The notes under the pieces are model-generated. The model was not told the origin of the DNA, ran no database searches, and saw nothing but the letters and a program-made list of their open reading frames with translations. Below are positions 46,383 through 55,310 of a stretch of 64,000 nt of DNA, piece by piece. The stretch's first letter is position 1, and the number at the start of each line of letters is the position of its first letter. The stretch spans positions 7,588 through 71,587 of the forward strand of contig CAYFOT010000004.1 of assembly GCA_964344825.1 (NCBI GenBank), read 5' to 3'. The position numbers and the translations under genes are program-made. The stretch is from an uncultured Actinomyces sp. Its GTDB lineage: Bacteria; Actinomycetota; Actinomycetes; Actinomycetales; Actinomycetaceae.

Positions 46383-47708
46383 ATGCGGTTCGATATCATC
46401 TCAATCTTTCCCGATTTCTTCTCCACGTTGGACCTATCCCTGGTTGGTAAGGCCCGCGATGCGGGGGTCGTGGACGTTGCCGTTCACAACCTCCGGGACT
46501 GGGCGACCGGCACCCACCTGGCCGTAGACGACACTCCGACGGGGGGTGGCGCCGGCATGGTTATGCGCCCCGATGTTTGGGGCGACGCAATCGATTCTGT
46601 CCTGGCCGCGGACACTGATGCGCAGACCGTCCTCGCCATCCCCACACCCAGCGGGAAACCGCTGACGCAACGGGACTTGGAGGCCCTGTCGAAGAAGGAC
46701 CACATCCTGATTGCGTGCGGTCGGTACGAGGGCATCGATGCGCGTGTCGCCTCCCATTACGCGCAAGAGGGCGTCGACGTCTTTGAGTTCTCCTTGGGAG
46801 ACTACGTTCTGAACGGCGGGGAAGTCGCTGCGATCGCGTTGGTCGAGGGCGTTTCAAGGTTGGTTGAGGGCGTCGTGGGTAACCCGGCCTCCCTTTCTGA
46901 GGAGTCGCATTCTGAGGAGGGACTCCTGGAGTACCCCGTTTACACCCAGCCGCGGTCGTGGCGTGGGTTGGAGGTCCCCCAGGTCCTCCTCAGTGGGGAC
47001 CACGCCAAAATCAAACGGTGGCGGCGGGACCAGGCGCTGATCCGGACAGAGCGGCGGCGCCACGACATGGTCGAAAAGCTGATAGGCGGGGCCGGTTTGG
47101 ATAAGGACGATCGGGAGGCGCTCGCGTTTGTCGGGATCGACCCGCGCGATGGCAGCGACCGGTTCGCGTTTGATGTCGCGACGGAAGAGGATTTGCCCGC
47201 GGTGTCCGCCCTTGCCCAAGAAACGTTCGTGCTCGCTTGCCCGCCGGGAACCCCCGCGGAGGAGATCGACGATTTCGTTACGAATCAACTGGACCTGGCA
47301 ACTTTCCACAAATACTTGGACGAGGGCGCACGCGTCACTGTCGTTCGGGACCGCGCGGATGGCTCATTGGCTGCCTACTGCCTGATTGAGCAGTTGCCGC
47401 CACCGGAGCTGCGGCACCACCACGAAGGGGCCTGCTACCTGTCCAAGATTTACGCCGATCCGGCGTGGCACGGCTCAGGCGTCAGCGCGGCCCTCATGGA
47501 GTTTGCCCTAGCGGATGCGGTCTCGAAGTGGGGGACTAGCGGCGCACTCTTGGGAACAAATAAGGCAAATGTGCGCGCCATCAGGTTCTACAAGCACCAC
47601 GGGTTCGTCAAAGTCGGGCGCAGAGTGTTCAACGTCGGGGGTCGCGATCACCACGACTTTGTGTTCGTGCGCGATCTCACGGTGAATCCGGTCCGATACG
47701 GGGCCTAG
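46383..47708 (+). CDS. trmD: tRNA (guanine37-N1)-methyltransferase TrmD fused to a C-terminal GNAT acetyltransferase domain
   Basis: Residues 1 to ~245 are TrmD (MRFDIISIFPDFF..., GRYEGIDARV, LSGDHAKIKRWR). Residues ~260-441 carry GNAT motifs (LSKIYADPAWHGSGVSAALM, NVRAIRFYKHHGF). It is one uninterrupted ORF. Confidence 0.88.
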   Translation: MRFDIISIFPDFFSTLDLSLVGKARDAGVVDVAVHNLRDWATGTHLAVDDTPTGGGAGMVMRPDVWGDAIDSVLAADTDAQTVLAIPTPSGKPLTQRDLEALSKKDHILIACGRYEGIDARVASHYAQEGVDVFEFSLGDYVLNGGEVAAIALVEGVSRLVEGVVGNPASLSEESHSEEGLLEYPVYTQPRSWRGLEVPQVLLSGDHAKIKRWRRDQALIRTERRRHDMVEKLIGGAGLDKDDREALAFVGIDPRDGSDRFAFDVATEEDLPAVSALAQETFVLACPPGTPAEEIDDFVTNQLDLATFHKYLDEGARVTVVRDRADGSLAAYCLIEQLPPPELRHHHEGACYLSKIYADPAWHGSGVSAALMEFALADAVSKWGTSGALLGTNKANVRAIRFYKHHGFVKVGRRVFNVGGRDHHDFVFVRDLTVNPVRYGA

Positions 47709-47880
47709 GCGTTGGATCCGGCCCCGCGTGTGTGGCAGACTGTTTCACCGAGATTGTTGGTGCAACCTGCCGCAGGGGGCCACCTAAGACAACTCGAAAC
47801 TAAGACTACGGACGGGGTTCAGACTCCGGATCCGGCTATGGGTTTCCTCGACCTGCGGCGGTGGTGACTAGGAGCAGAAA

Positions 47881-48237
47881 ATGCAGAAGCTAGACTTCCT
47901 TGATAAGGCCTCAATGCGTGAGGACGTACCTACGTTCCGCGCCGGTGACACCGTGAAGGTCCACGTGAACGTCATCGAAGGTAACCGTTCCCGTGTCCAG
48001 ATCTTCCAGGGCATCGTCATTGCACGCAAGGGTCACGGCGTGAAGGAAACCTTCACTGTCCGCAAGATCTCGTTTGGTGTGGGCGTGGAGCGTACGTTCC
48101 CGGTTCACTCCCCGACGGTGGAGCAGATCGAAGTCGTCTCCCGTGGTGACGTTCGCCGCGCGAAGCTGTACTACCTGCGCGATCGCGTTGGTAAGGCTTC
48201 GAAGGTCCGGGAGAAGCGCATCAACGTTACGAAGTAA
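47881..48237 (+). CDS. rplS: 50S ribosomal protein L19
   Basis: [33 protein letters not shown]... Confidence 0.93.
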   Translation: MQKLDFLDKASMREDVPTFRAGDTVKVHVNVIEGNRSRVQIFQGIVIARKGHGVKETFTVRKISFGVGVERTFPVHSPTVEQIEVVSRGDVRRAKLYYLRDRVGKASKVREKRINVTK

Positions 48238-48247
48238 CTCTTTTCGA

Positions 48248-48289
48248 CATAATGGCCCAGTCCCCTCAGAGGTAGACTGGGCCATTATG
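48248..48289 (+). terminator. Perfect 15-bp-stem hairpin after rplS, overlapping the lepB start codon
   Basis: CATAATGGCCCAGTC (48248-48262) / GACTGGGCCATTATG (48275-48289) with a 12-nt loop. Confidence 0.55.
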
Positions 48290-49096
48290 CATGTTGATCC
48301 CGCGCCCTCGACACCTCCGTTCGGGCAAACCACCGAAGGTGACGCTTTCGGGCAACCTGAACAGTCAGAGTCGCCGTTTCCACCGCGCGGATCACTCCAA
48401 CGCGATTCCCGCGTCCGGTCAAAGAAGCCATTAGCGCGGGCACTGCAGGCCGTCGTTGAACTTCTCCTGATGCTTTTGGGTGCGGCGGTTGTCGCCTTGC
48501 TTCTCAGAGCACTCGTCGTGCAGGTTTACAAGATCCCCTCAGAGTCCATGCTGGACACAATGGAGGTCGGTTCCCGCATCGCAGTGAACCGCGTGCCCAT
48601 CTTGGGTAAGGAAGTGGAGCGTGGGGACATCATTGTGTTCCGCGACGTCCAGGGGTGGCTGGAGCCGGTGGATCAGGAAGACCAGACGATATGGTCGAAG
48701 GTGGCAGGTGTATTCGGGTTTGCGCCATCAGGAACGGAACAGATTGTCGTCAAACGCGTGATAGGCGTGGGCGGTGACGTTGTGGCCTGCTGCGATGCGC
48801 AGGGCAGGGTCACGGTGAACGGCGTGGGAATCGATGAGCCGTACCTTGCAGAAGGCGTCGTACCGTCAGATTCTGAGTTCTCTGTTGTCGTCCCGGAGGA
48901 CACATATTGGGTCATGGGTGACAACCGGTCTAACTCTGCTGACTCCCGCTACCATGAACGGCTTGAAGGGACGGGGTTTGTTCCCACATCGGCGGTTGTT
49001 GGGCGCGCGCAGTGGGAGATATGGCCGATGCATAAGTGGTCATACCTTGGGAACAGGGACGTGTTTGAGGACGTCCCGGACGCTGATCCCTCATGA
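48287..49096 (+). CDS. lepB: Signal peptidase I
   Basis: SESMLDT (catalytic Ser) and KRVIG...GDNR motifs with one TM segment. Start taken at ATG 48287; the track ORF start at 48074 lies inside rplS. Confidence 0.85.
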   Translation: MHVDPAPSTPPFGQTTEGDAFGQPEQSESPFPPRGSLQRDSRVRSKKPLARALQAVVELLLMLLGAAVVALLLRALVVQVYKIPSESMLDTMEVGSRIAVNRVPILGKEVERGDIIVFRDVQGWLEPVDQEDQTIWSKVAGVFGFAPSGTEQIVVKRVIGVGGDVVACCDAQGRVTVNGVGIDEPYLAEGVVPSDSEFSVVVPEDTYWVMGDNRSNSADSRYHERLEGTGFVPTSAVVGRAQWEIWPMHKWSYLGNRDVFEDVPDADPS

Positions 49097-49788
49097 CTCA
49101 CTTCCCCGACGGAGGCGTTGACAGGAGACTGATCGCCTCTTGGGAGGTGTTGGGTGGTGTGGATGAGGTCGGCCGGGGCGCCCTCGCCGGGCCGGTGGCC
49201 GTCGGGCTTGTGGTGGTGGATGGACAGTGCGGAAGCGGCCCCGAAGGCGTTGCGGACTCCAAGGCGCTTTCTCCGCGGGTGCGTGCAAGCCTTGTGGGGC
49301 CGATTCGTGAATGGGCGCGTGCCAGTGCAGTTGGGTGGTCAACGCCGACTGAGATCTGTGACTGGGGTGTGACTGAGGCTCTGCGTGTCGCAGCCTTGCG
49401 CGCGTTGGCGCAGGTCGGGCGGCAGGTCGCCTCGCAAGGGGGTGCCGCTCTGGGCGGAATACTGCTGGATGGCAAGCACGACTACATAACCGGTAGCGCG
49501 CCCTCGCTCTTCTCGCGCGCAGAAGGTACCCCGGACGATCCGTGGGCTGACGGCGGGACTTTGCCCGTGGCGACCATGGTGCAGGCGGACCGCCACAGCG
49601 TAGCCGTGGCTGCGGCGTCGATAATCGCGAAGGTCGCGCGGGACACCTACATGGAGTCGATAGCGGACCCAGGCTACGGGTGGGCCAGCAACAAAGGGTA
49701 TGGCTCAAAGCAACATATTTTGGGTTTGGAGAAGCTGGGACCCAGCGCTCGGCACAGGCGTTGCTGGCGTTTACCGGGCGTCAACTAG
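49093..49788 (+). CDS. rnhB: Ribonuclease HII
   Basis: GVDEVGRGALAGPVAV and DSK motifs. Start overlaps the lepB stop (ATGA). Confidence 0.9.
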   Translation: MTHFPDGGVDRRLIASWEVLGGVDEVGRGALAGPVAVGLVVVDGQCGSGPEGVADSKALSPRVRASLVGPIREWARASAVGWSTPTEICDWGVTEALRVAALRALAQVGRQVASQGGAALGGILLDGKHDYITGSAPSLFSRAEGTPDDPWADGGTLPVATMVQADRHSVAVAAASIIAKVARDTYMESIADPGYGWASNKGYGSKQHILGLEKLGPSARHRRCWRLPGVN

Positions 49789-49851
49789 GCTTTTTACACA
49801 GGCCGCGACATAATACGGAAGGCCCCCGGGAGCCCCACGGAAAGGACAGTA

Positions 49852-50157
49852 GTGAACCGCGACGACATTGAGAACTACGAAAATGCGTCTGAACTGGACC
49901 TTTTCAAGGAGTACCGCGATGTTGTAGCGCTGTTCAACTACGTCGTCGAAACGGACCGCCGTTTCTATCTGTGCAATGCGGTTGAGCTACAGGCAAGGCC
50001 GGTCGGCAACGACATTTTCTTTGAGTTGAGCCTGACGGATGCTTGGGTATGGGACATATACCGGCCATCTCGTTTCGTAAAGTCAGTGCGCGTTGTGACG
50101 TTCAAGGACGTGAACATAGAAGAGCTCACGAAGCCTGATCTGGACATCCCCTCCTAG
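49852..50157 (+). CDS. DUF2469-family protein
   Basis: 101 aa; ELDLFKEYRDVVALFNYVVETDRRFYLCN. This conserved actinobacterial gene follows rnhB. Confidence 0.8.
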   Translation: MNRDDIENYENASELDLFKEYRDVVALFNYVVETDRRFYLCNAVELQARPVGNDIFFELSLTDAWVWDIYRPSRFVKSVRVVTFKDVNIEELTKPDLDIPS

Positions 50158-50158
50158 G

Positions 50159-50194
50159 TTTTCCACAGTTCCGCGGATCTGGCGCAATCCACAG
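50159..50194 (+). promoter_or_regulatory. Paired DnaA-box-like direct repeats upstream of yraN-comM-dprA (function unproven)
   Basis: TTTTCCACAG (50159-50168) and CAATCCACAG (50185-50194), 26 bp apart, ~52 nt before ATG 50246. Confidence 0.35.
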
Positions 50195-50245
50195 GATGCC
50201 GATTTAGCGGTGGCTTGACCAATATTGGGCGACCAGTGTTGAGTC

Positions 50246-50641
50246 ATGAGCCAAACAACAATAACTAAACAATCTGTTCCTGCTACCACCAGACTCCAGC
50301 TGGGGTGCTACGGAGAGGATCGGGCCGCCGCCTACCTTGAGACTGCGGGCCTCAGGATCCTCGACCGGAACTGGCGTCTCGGTACCGTTGGGGAACTGGA
50401 CATCGTCGCAGAAGATGACGGCGTCGTGGTCTTCGTTGAGGTGAAGACTAGGCGCGGTATTGGCGCTGGACTTGCCTCGGAGGCAGTCACCGCGCAAAAA
50501 ATGGATCGCATACGGCGCCTGGGTGCCGCGTGGGGAATCCGCAATGGGTCGGGGCGCCCATACCGATTCGACATTGTCGGTGTGTATGTACGTGATGGGC
50601 GCGAACCAATCTTCGAATGGTTACAGGACGTCGGCCAGTGA
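50246..50641 (+). CDS. YraN-family (UPF0102) endonuclease-like protein
   Basis: GEDRAAAYLETAGLRILDRNWR...GELDIVA...VFVEVKTR. Confidence 0.85.
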   Translation: MSQTTITKQSVPATTRLQLGCYGEDRAAAYLETAGLRILDRNWRLGTVGELDIVAEDDGVVVFVEVKTRRGIGAGLASEAVTAQKMDRIRRLGAAWGIRNGSGRPYRFDIVGVYVRDGREPIFEWLQDVGQ

Positions 50642-52245
50642 CGGGTTTGGCACGCGCATATGCGGTCGCCCTCACTGGATTAGAAGGAACGGTCGTTGAA
50701 GTCCAAACCCACATCGGACCAGGCATTGTCGGGACGACCCTGGTTGGCCTGCCCGACGCGTCCTTGCGTGAAGCGAAAGAGAGGGTGCGTGCCGCCCTTT
50801 TCTCCTGCGGTATACCGACGCTGAACAGGCGCATCACTGTGAACCTGTCTCCGGCAGACCTGCCTAAGACTGGTTCGGGGTTCGATCTTGGAATAGCCGT
50901 TTCGATGCTGGTTGCGCGTGGGGTCATCACGCATGAGTGCGCCTCCGGCACGGTTTTCGCGGCGGAACTTGGGTTAGATGGGTCCGTCCAGGCCGTTCCC
51001 GGGGCTTTGCCTGTGGCCCTTGCGTCGTCCGCCTCTGGGTACAGTCGGCTGGTCGTCGCTCCACCAATGGCTGAGCAGGCGCGTCTGGTCTCCGGTCTGG
51101 AAGTCGTGTGCTGTGCGCACCTGTTGGATCTACTGGCCATATTTGGGCTTCCGATGGGTGCGGGGCAGACGCTGGAGTGGAGTTGGGAAGAGCTTGATGC
51201 TGCTGCGCGAACCCGGTTGGCAGATACCGCGCCACTTGAGCACGGGGTTGTCGGGGGGAGCGAGGGCGGGGGCGAAGGCGAAGATGACGACACAGACCTG
51301 ATTGAGGTGCGCGGCCAGCGTTTCGCAATAGAGGCATTGGCAGTGGCCGCGATTGGCGGCCACCACAGCCTCCTTGTGGGACCTCCGGGCGTTGGGAAAA
51401 CCATGCTGGCAACCCGGATGCGGGCAATACTGCCTGATCTGGATGAGACGGAGGCACTTGAGGCCACGGGACTGCGCTCCCTGATTGGCGCAGGAGGCCA
51501 CAGCGCATCCCTAATGCGCAGGCCTCCGTTGGAGCAGCCGCACCATAGTGCGACTGTGCCGGCTCTGATTGGGGGCGGCAACCCTGTGCGACCCGGCGCT
51601 GTTTCCTTGGCGCACGGTGGTGTGCTCTTGCTTGATGAGGCTCCGGAGTTTTCGGTTCGGGCGCTCGACGCCCTGCGCCAGCCCCTGGAGAACCACTCTG
51701 TTTCAGTACATCGGGCCAACGCATCCGTCACGTTCCCGGCGCGCTTCCAGTTAGTCATGACGGCGAACCCGTGCCCCTGTGGGGGCGCGGTGCGGGCCGG
51801 TGAAGATGCCTGCAGGTGCTCCCACGTCCAGAAGGCGCGGTACTGGTCGCGCCTTTCGGGCCCGCTCCTGGACCGGATCGACCTGCGTCTACATGTCGGA
51901 CGCCCCAACCTACTGGAAGCAGACTCTTCGCCACCACTCAGTACCGCGGAGGTGAGGGAGCGCGTACGCGACGGCAGGCAGCGCTCTTCCAAGCGCTGGT
52001 CGGACTACCCGTGGAGCCACAACGCCGCAGTCCCGGGGAAGTTCTTGCGTGACAACTCCGGCCTGCCACAGGAGTACATGAGGGCAATCGAAGACCAGGT
52101 TGACCGCGGCATTCTGTCGTTGCGAGGGGCCGACAGGATCTTGCGGCTGGCGTGGTCGTCCGCCGACTTCAACGGAAACGCCATTCCGACTCCTTCGGAC
52201 TTGGCAAATGCATTTGATCTCAGAGGAGAGGAAAGAGGAATCTGA
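50638..52245 (+). CDS. comM: YifB/ComM-family Mg-chelatase-like AAA+ ATPase
   Basis: Lon-protease-like N-domain, Walker A GPPGVGKTM, LLDEAPEF, and a Cys cluster NPCPCG. Start probably GTG 50638, overlapping the yraN stop (the track ORF begins at 50617). Confidence 0.88.
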   Translation: MTGLARAYAVALTGLEGTVVEVQTHIGPGIVGTTLVGLPDASLREAKERVRAALFSCGIPTLNRRITVNLSPADLPKTGSGFDLGIAVSMLVARGVITHECASGTVFAAELGLDGSVQAVPGALPVALASSASGYSRLVVAPPMAEQARLVSGLEVVCCAHLLDLLAIFGLPMGAGQTLEWSWEELDAAARTRLADTAPLEHGVVGGSEGGGEGEDDDTDLIEVRGQRFAIEALAVAAIGGHHSLLVGPPGVGKTMLATRMRAILPDLDETEALEATGLRSLIGAGGHSASLMRRPPLEQPHHSATVPALIGGGNPVRPGAVSLAHGGVLLLDEAPEFSVRALDALRQPLENHSVSVHRANASVTFPARFQLVMTANPCPCGGAVRAGEDACRCSHVQKARYWSRLSGPLLDRIDLRLHVGRPNLLEADSSPPLSTAEVRERVRDGRQRSSKRWSDYPWSHNAAVPGKFLRDNSGLPQEYMRAIEDQVDRGILSLRGADRILRLAWSSADFNGNAIPTPSDLANAFDLRGEERGI

Positions 52246-53462
52246 TGGAACTGGATGATCCGTATCAGGTGGCCGCCGCGTGGTCGAACATAGCGGAACC
52301 GGGAGACATATGGGCGGGGGCGCTGCGGGAGAGGCTTGGACCGGCAGAGGCACTGGCGTGGGCAGTCGCGCCATTCAGCGCCCCACCGCCCGACCTGGAG
52401 GGCCCAGGCGGTCAGCGTGGAGAGGGCGCGAAGGAAGGCTGGCGTTCCGCTCACCGCAGATGGGAGCCGCGAGTTGAGGCGTTGAATGTGGAGAATGACC
52501 TGGCGACTCTACAAGAACTAGGTGGGCGCCTAGTGATACCGCAGAGCCCTGACTGGCCCGCAGCACTTGAGGCACTGGAGGTTAGGTGTCCGGCTGCACT
52601 GTGGGTGCTGGGTAAAGCCGCCCTCGCCATGGACGACGACCGGTGTATATCCATCGTGGGTGCGCGCGCCGCAACGTCGTACGGGGTGAAAGTCACCGCG
52701 CAGATGGCACATGACTTGTGCGAGGGCGGATTCGTCGTCGTATCCGGAGGTGCGTACGGCATTGACGCCGCCGCCCACAGGGGCGCCCTGGAGGCCGCGG
52801 AGCAGGCCGGGAATCTTGGCGCTCCGGAAGCGCGCATCCCAACCATCGCCATAATCTGCGGGGGTCTCTCTAACCTCTACCCACCGGGGAATGAGTCCCT
52901 GTTCAAGAGGATCCAAGAATCCGGGGGTCTGATCGTCGCTGAAGTTCCGCCCTCGTTCCGCCCGGCGCGCTGGCGCTTCTTGGAGCGCAACAGGCTCATC
53001 GCCGCGTGGTCGGCCGCGACCATCGTGCCGGAGGCCGGTGCACGATCTGGTGCCATGGCAACCGCGAACCGTGCGGTAGAACTGGGACGTGACGTCGGCG
53101 CGGTGCCCGGGCCCGTGACGTCTCCCGCTTCTGCGGGACCGCACTCACTGATCAAGGATGGTGCGGCACTTGTTGAAAACGCGTGGGACGCGGCCGCCCT
53201 GGTCCTTGGAGTTGATTCGGTAGATAGCCTTGCCGCTCAAGAGCCGACGGACCCGGTGGAAAAGGAGTTGTCCAGATTGGGGGAGTTGGAGCGCCGCGTG
53301 TGGAACGCACTCGCCCTCACGGTTGCTGTGCCCTCCCAGAACGTCGCGCGTGCCGCTGGGATAAGTGCGGAGGAGGCCGGCGGGGGACTCCTCCGCCTTC
53401 ACATGGCAGGCTTGGCCACCTGTGAGAACGGATTGTGGCAGCGAGCCCACCTCGCGGCGTAG
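52245..53462 (+). CDS. dprA: DNA-processing protein DprA
   Basis: Rossmann-like DprA core (IVGARAATSYG..., VVSGGAYGIDAAAHRGAL, RFLERNRLIAA). Start overlaps the comM stop. Confidence 0.88.
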   Translation: MELDDPYQVAAAWSNIAEPGDIWAGALRERLGPAEALAWAVAPFSAPPPDLEGPGGQRGEGAKEGWRSAHRRWEPRVEALNVENDLATLQELGGRLVIPQSPDWPAALEALEVRCPAALWVLGKAALAMDDDRCISIVGARAATSYGVKVTAQMAHDLCEGGFVVVSGGAYGIDAAAHRGALEAAEQAGNLGAPEARIPTIAIICGGLSNLYPPGNESLFKRIQESGGLIVAEVPPSFRPARWRFLERNRLIAAWSAATIVPEAGARSGAMATANRAVELGRDVGAVPGPVTSPASAGPHSLIKDGAALVENAWDAAALVLGVDSVDSLAAQEPTDPVEKELSRLGELERRVWNALALTVAVPSQNVARAAGISAEEAGGGLLRLHMAGLATCENGLWQRAHLAA

Positions 53463-53554
53463 CAGCCGTTCCGTCAGGGGAGTAGTACGAGGGCGAGGTG
53501 GCGCCCAAGGTTCCCGTCGCCTCAGGATTCTGCGGCCTCCGGTAGCATCCAACC

Positions 53555-54613
53555 ATGGGTGAGTTCGACGCCAACAATGCCAGTGCAGGGGACCTTCTGA
53601 CGGCTTGGGAAACCCACTTGGCGGTTCGCCTTGGCAGGTCCCCGCAGACGGTCCGCGCCTACGTGTCCGACGTCCGCACGATGTTGACGGACCTAGGCGT
53701 GGACCTAGAACCCGCGGGCACTGCTTCCGGGTCCAAACCTTCCGTGCCTGCACCCTCCGCGCCCACTCTGGGTGAGCAACTCCAGTTTCGCGCGCTCAAG
53801 GGATGGCTGGCCAGTCGCGTAGGCGCTGGTTTATCCCGCGCAACAGTGGCGCGCAACGCCGCGGCGACCCGCTCCTTCTGCGCTTTCCTAGTCGCGCAAA
53901 ACGTCTTGGATACGGACCCCTCGGTGAACCTAGAAGTGGCGTCACCCAGCACCCGACTGCCCGCCGTACTGGCTCAAGACGAGGTGGAAAGGCTTCTTGC
54001 CCAAGCGCGCGACGAAATCGCTCGCACCGCACAACAAAGCAAAGAGGCCGGACCACGCGCGAAACCAGAAGAGATCGCGGTGGCCGTGCGGGATTGGGCG
54101 ATCACCGAACTACTCTATTCGGCGGCACTGCGTGTCCAAGAATGCGTCTGCCTAGACGTTGGGGACCTGAATCTGGAATCAAGGCACGTGCGCGTAGTTG
54201 GCAAAGGCAACAGGCAGAGGGTTGTCCCATTTGGCAGGCCGGCGGCAGTGGCGCTTGGGGAATGGCTGGGGGTGCGCGAGCAACTGGTGGCGGACGTGTC
54301 AGCACCGCCGCCCTCGTCCCTACGCGCATCTTCGCCCTCGTTCCCACTGTTCCTTGGCGCACGCGGGGGACGCATCGATCCGCGGATCATTCGCGGGAAC
54401 CTGCATAGGCTGGCGGCGCGCGCCGGGGTAAAGGACGTAGCCCCGCACGGCCTGCGCCATTCTTCGGCCACACACCTGCTGGAAGAAGGTGCGGACCTGC
54501 GCTTCGTGCAGGAGTATTTGGGTCACAGCTCTCTGGCGACCACCCAGCGGTATACGCACGTGGACTCAAAGCGACTCAAAGAGGTCTACGCTCGGGCGCA
54601 CCCGCGCGCCTGA
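53555..54613 (+). CDS. xerC: Tyrosine recombinase XerC
   Basis: Tyrosine recombinase catalytic residues (ALRVQE, HGLRHSSATHLL, LGHSSLATTQRYTHV) in the conserved position after dprA. Confidence 0.88.
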   Translation: MGEFDANNASAGDLLTAWETHLAVRLGRSPQTVRAYVSDVRTMLTDLGVDLEPAGTASGSKPSVPAPSAPTLGEQLQFRALKGWLASRVGAGLSRATVARNAAATRSFCAFLVAQNVLDTDPSVNLEVASPSTRLPAVLAQDEVERLLAQARDEIARTAQQSKEAGPRAKPEEIAVAVRDWAITELLYSAALRVQECVCLDVGDLNLESRHVRVVGKGNRQRVVPFGRPAAVALGEWLGVREQLVADVSAPPPSSLRASSPSFPLFLGARGGRIDPRIIRGNLHRLAARAGVKDVAPHGLRHSSATHLLEEGADLRFVQEYLGHSSLATTQRYTHVDSKRLKEVYARAHPRA

Positions 54614-54631
54614 CTCCCAGCCAGTGTCGTT

Positions 54632-55183
54632 TCACTCCCATGGCTTCAACACTGAGGGGCCAACGATCATCCGCAAAGGATTCACATACTCATTCTTCGC
54701 AAAGCGGGCGCCCCAGTGAAGCGGCCCAGGAGAGTGGCCCGGCGCAACCGTCGCGATTGGAGCACCAGCACGAACAGCGGCCCCCGTTTGAACCAGCGGA
54801 ATGACAGGTTCATATGTGGAGCGCAGGCCGCCCTCATGCATAACGGACACGACTTGCCGGTCCACCACGGTCCCGGAGAACACGACCGTGCCATTGGCCG
54901 GGGCCACCAGCACGGATCCAACCGGAGCATTCAGATCAACGCCCCGGTGGCCACTCAGCCAAGGCATGCTGGGCGGATCAAACGCGCGCGTCACCGCGAC
55001 GGGCCCTCCCGTGGGCCAGATCCATCTCCCTTGAGGCAGGTGATCAGCCTGTGCTGGCAGATCCGCGGCCAGCCCAAGACTTATTAGGATCACTAGGAAT
55101 AGGGCGACGCCAACCCGCGAAGAACCGCGCGTTGTGACGGTTGGCCCGCGTGTCCCTGTCTCTGCTGTCTCTGAGGGTTCCAA
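54632..55183 (-). CDS. M23-family metallopeptidase (secreted peptidoglycan hydrolase)
   Basis: Signal/TM segment and M23 motifs HRGVDL and HWGA. TTG start at 55183 behind GGAAGGAG. Confidence 0.8.
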   Translation of the reverse strand: MEPSETAETGTRGPTVTTRGSSRVGVALFLVILISLGLAADLPAQADHLPQGRWIWPTGGPVAVTRAFDPPSMPWLSGHRGVDLNAPVGSVLVAPANGTVVFSGTVVDRQVVSVMHEGGLRSTYEPVIPLVQTGAAVRAGAPIATVAPGHSPGPLHWGARFAKNEYVNPLRMIVGPSVLKPWE

Positions 55184-55215
55184 TATCCGCTCCTTCCACT
55201 AACGTGGTATCCGCA

Positions 55216-55245
55216 CCCTGCACGTTTCTACCCTGCACGTTTCTA
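55216..55245. repeat. Exact 15-bp tandem duplication CCCTGCACGTTTCTA x2
   Basis: Units at 55216-55230 and 55231-55245 are identical. They lie 33-62 nt upstream of the M23 peptidase start codon. Confidence 0.8.
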
Positions 55246-55274
55246 GGGGCGCGCGGGCGCCTGAATCGATCAGC

Positions 55275-55310
55275 CTGTGGATTCGAGACGTAAAACCGCA
55301 ATGTGGGGCA
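55275..55310 (-). promoter_or_regulatory. DnaA-box-like pair upstream of the M23 peptidase gene (proximal box strong, distal weak)
   Basis: CTGTGGATTC at 55275-55284 (GAATCCACAG in gene orientation, ~92 nt from the start). The TGTGG core repeats 26 bp away at 55302-55306 (ATGTGGGGCA) and again at 55321-55325. Confidence 0.3.

Noticed and set aside
47709-47880. Structured rplS (L19) leader based on two copies of the palindromic GGATCCGG (near 47713 and 47826)
   Set aside because: The pairing is possible, but I cannot match it to a known leader family from memory. The evidence is too weak for a feature call.
50487-51992. 501-aa minus-strand ORF antisense to yraN/comM, and similar long antisense ORFs (e.g. 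38001..39407 opposite ftsY, 5031..5855 opposite the radical SAM gene, 49091..49708 opposite rnhB)
   Set aside because: They are Arg/Pro/Ser/Ala-rich with no recognisable family and lie fully opposite well-supported conserved genes. This is the typical stop-codon-poor antisense frame of a high-GC genome.
53555-54613. Tyrosine recombinase as a marker of an integrated mobile element
   Set aside because: It sits in the conserved dprA-xerC-rpsB housekeeping context with no flanking att-like repeats or phage/ICE genes, so it is called XerC. I also saw no convincing dif-like site in the window.
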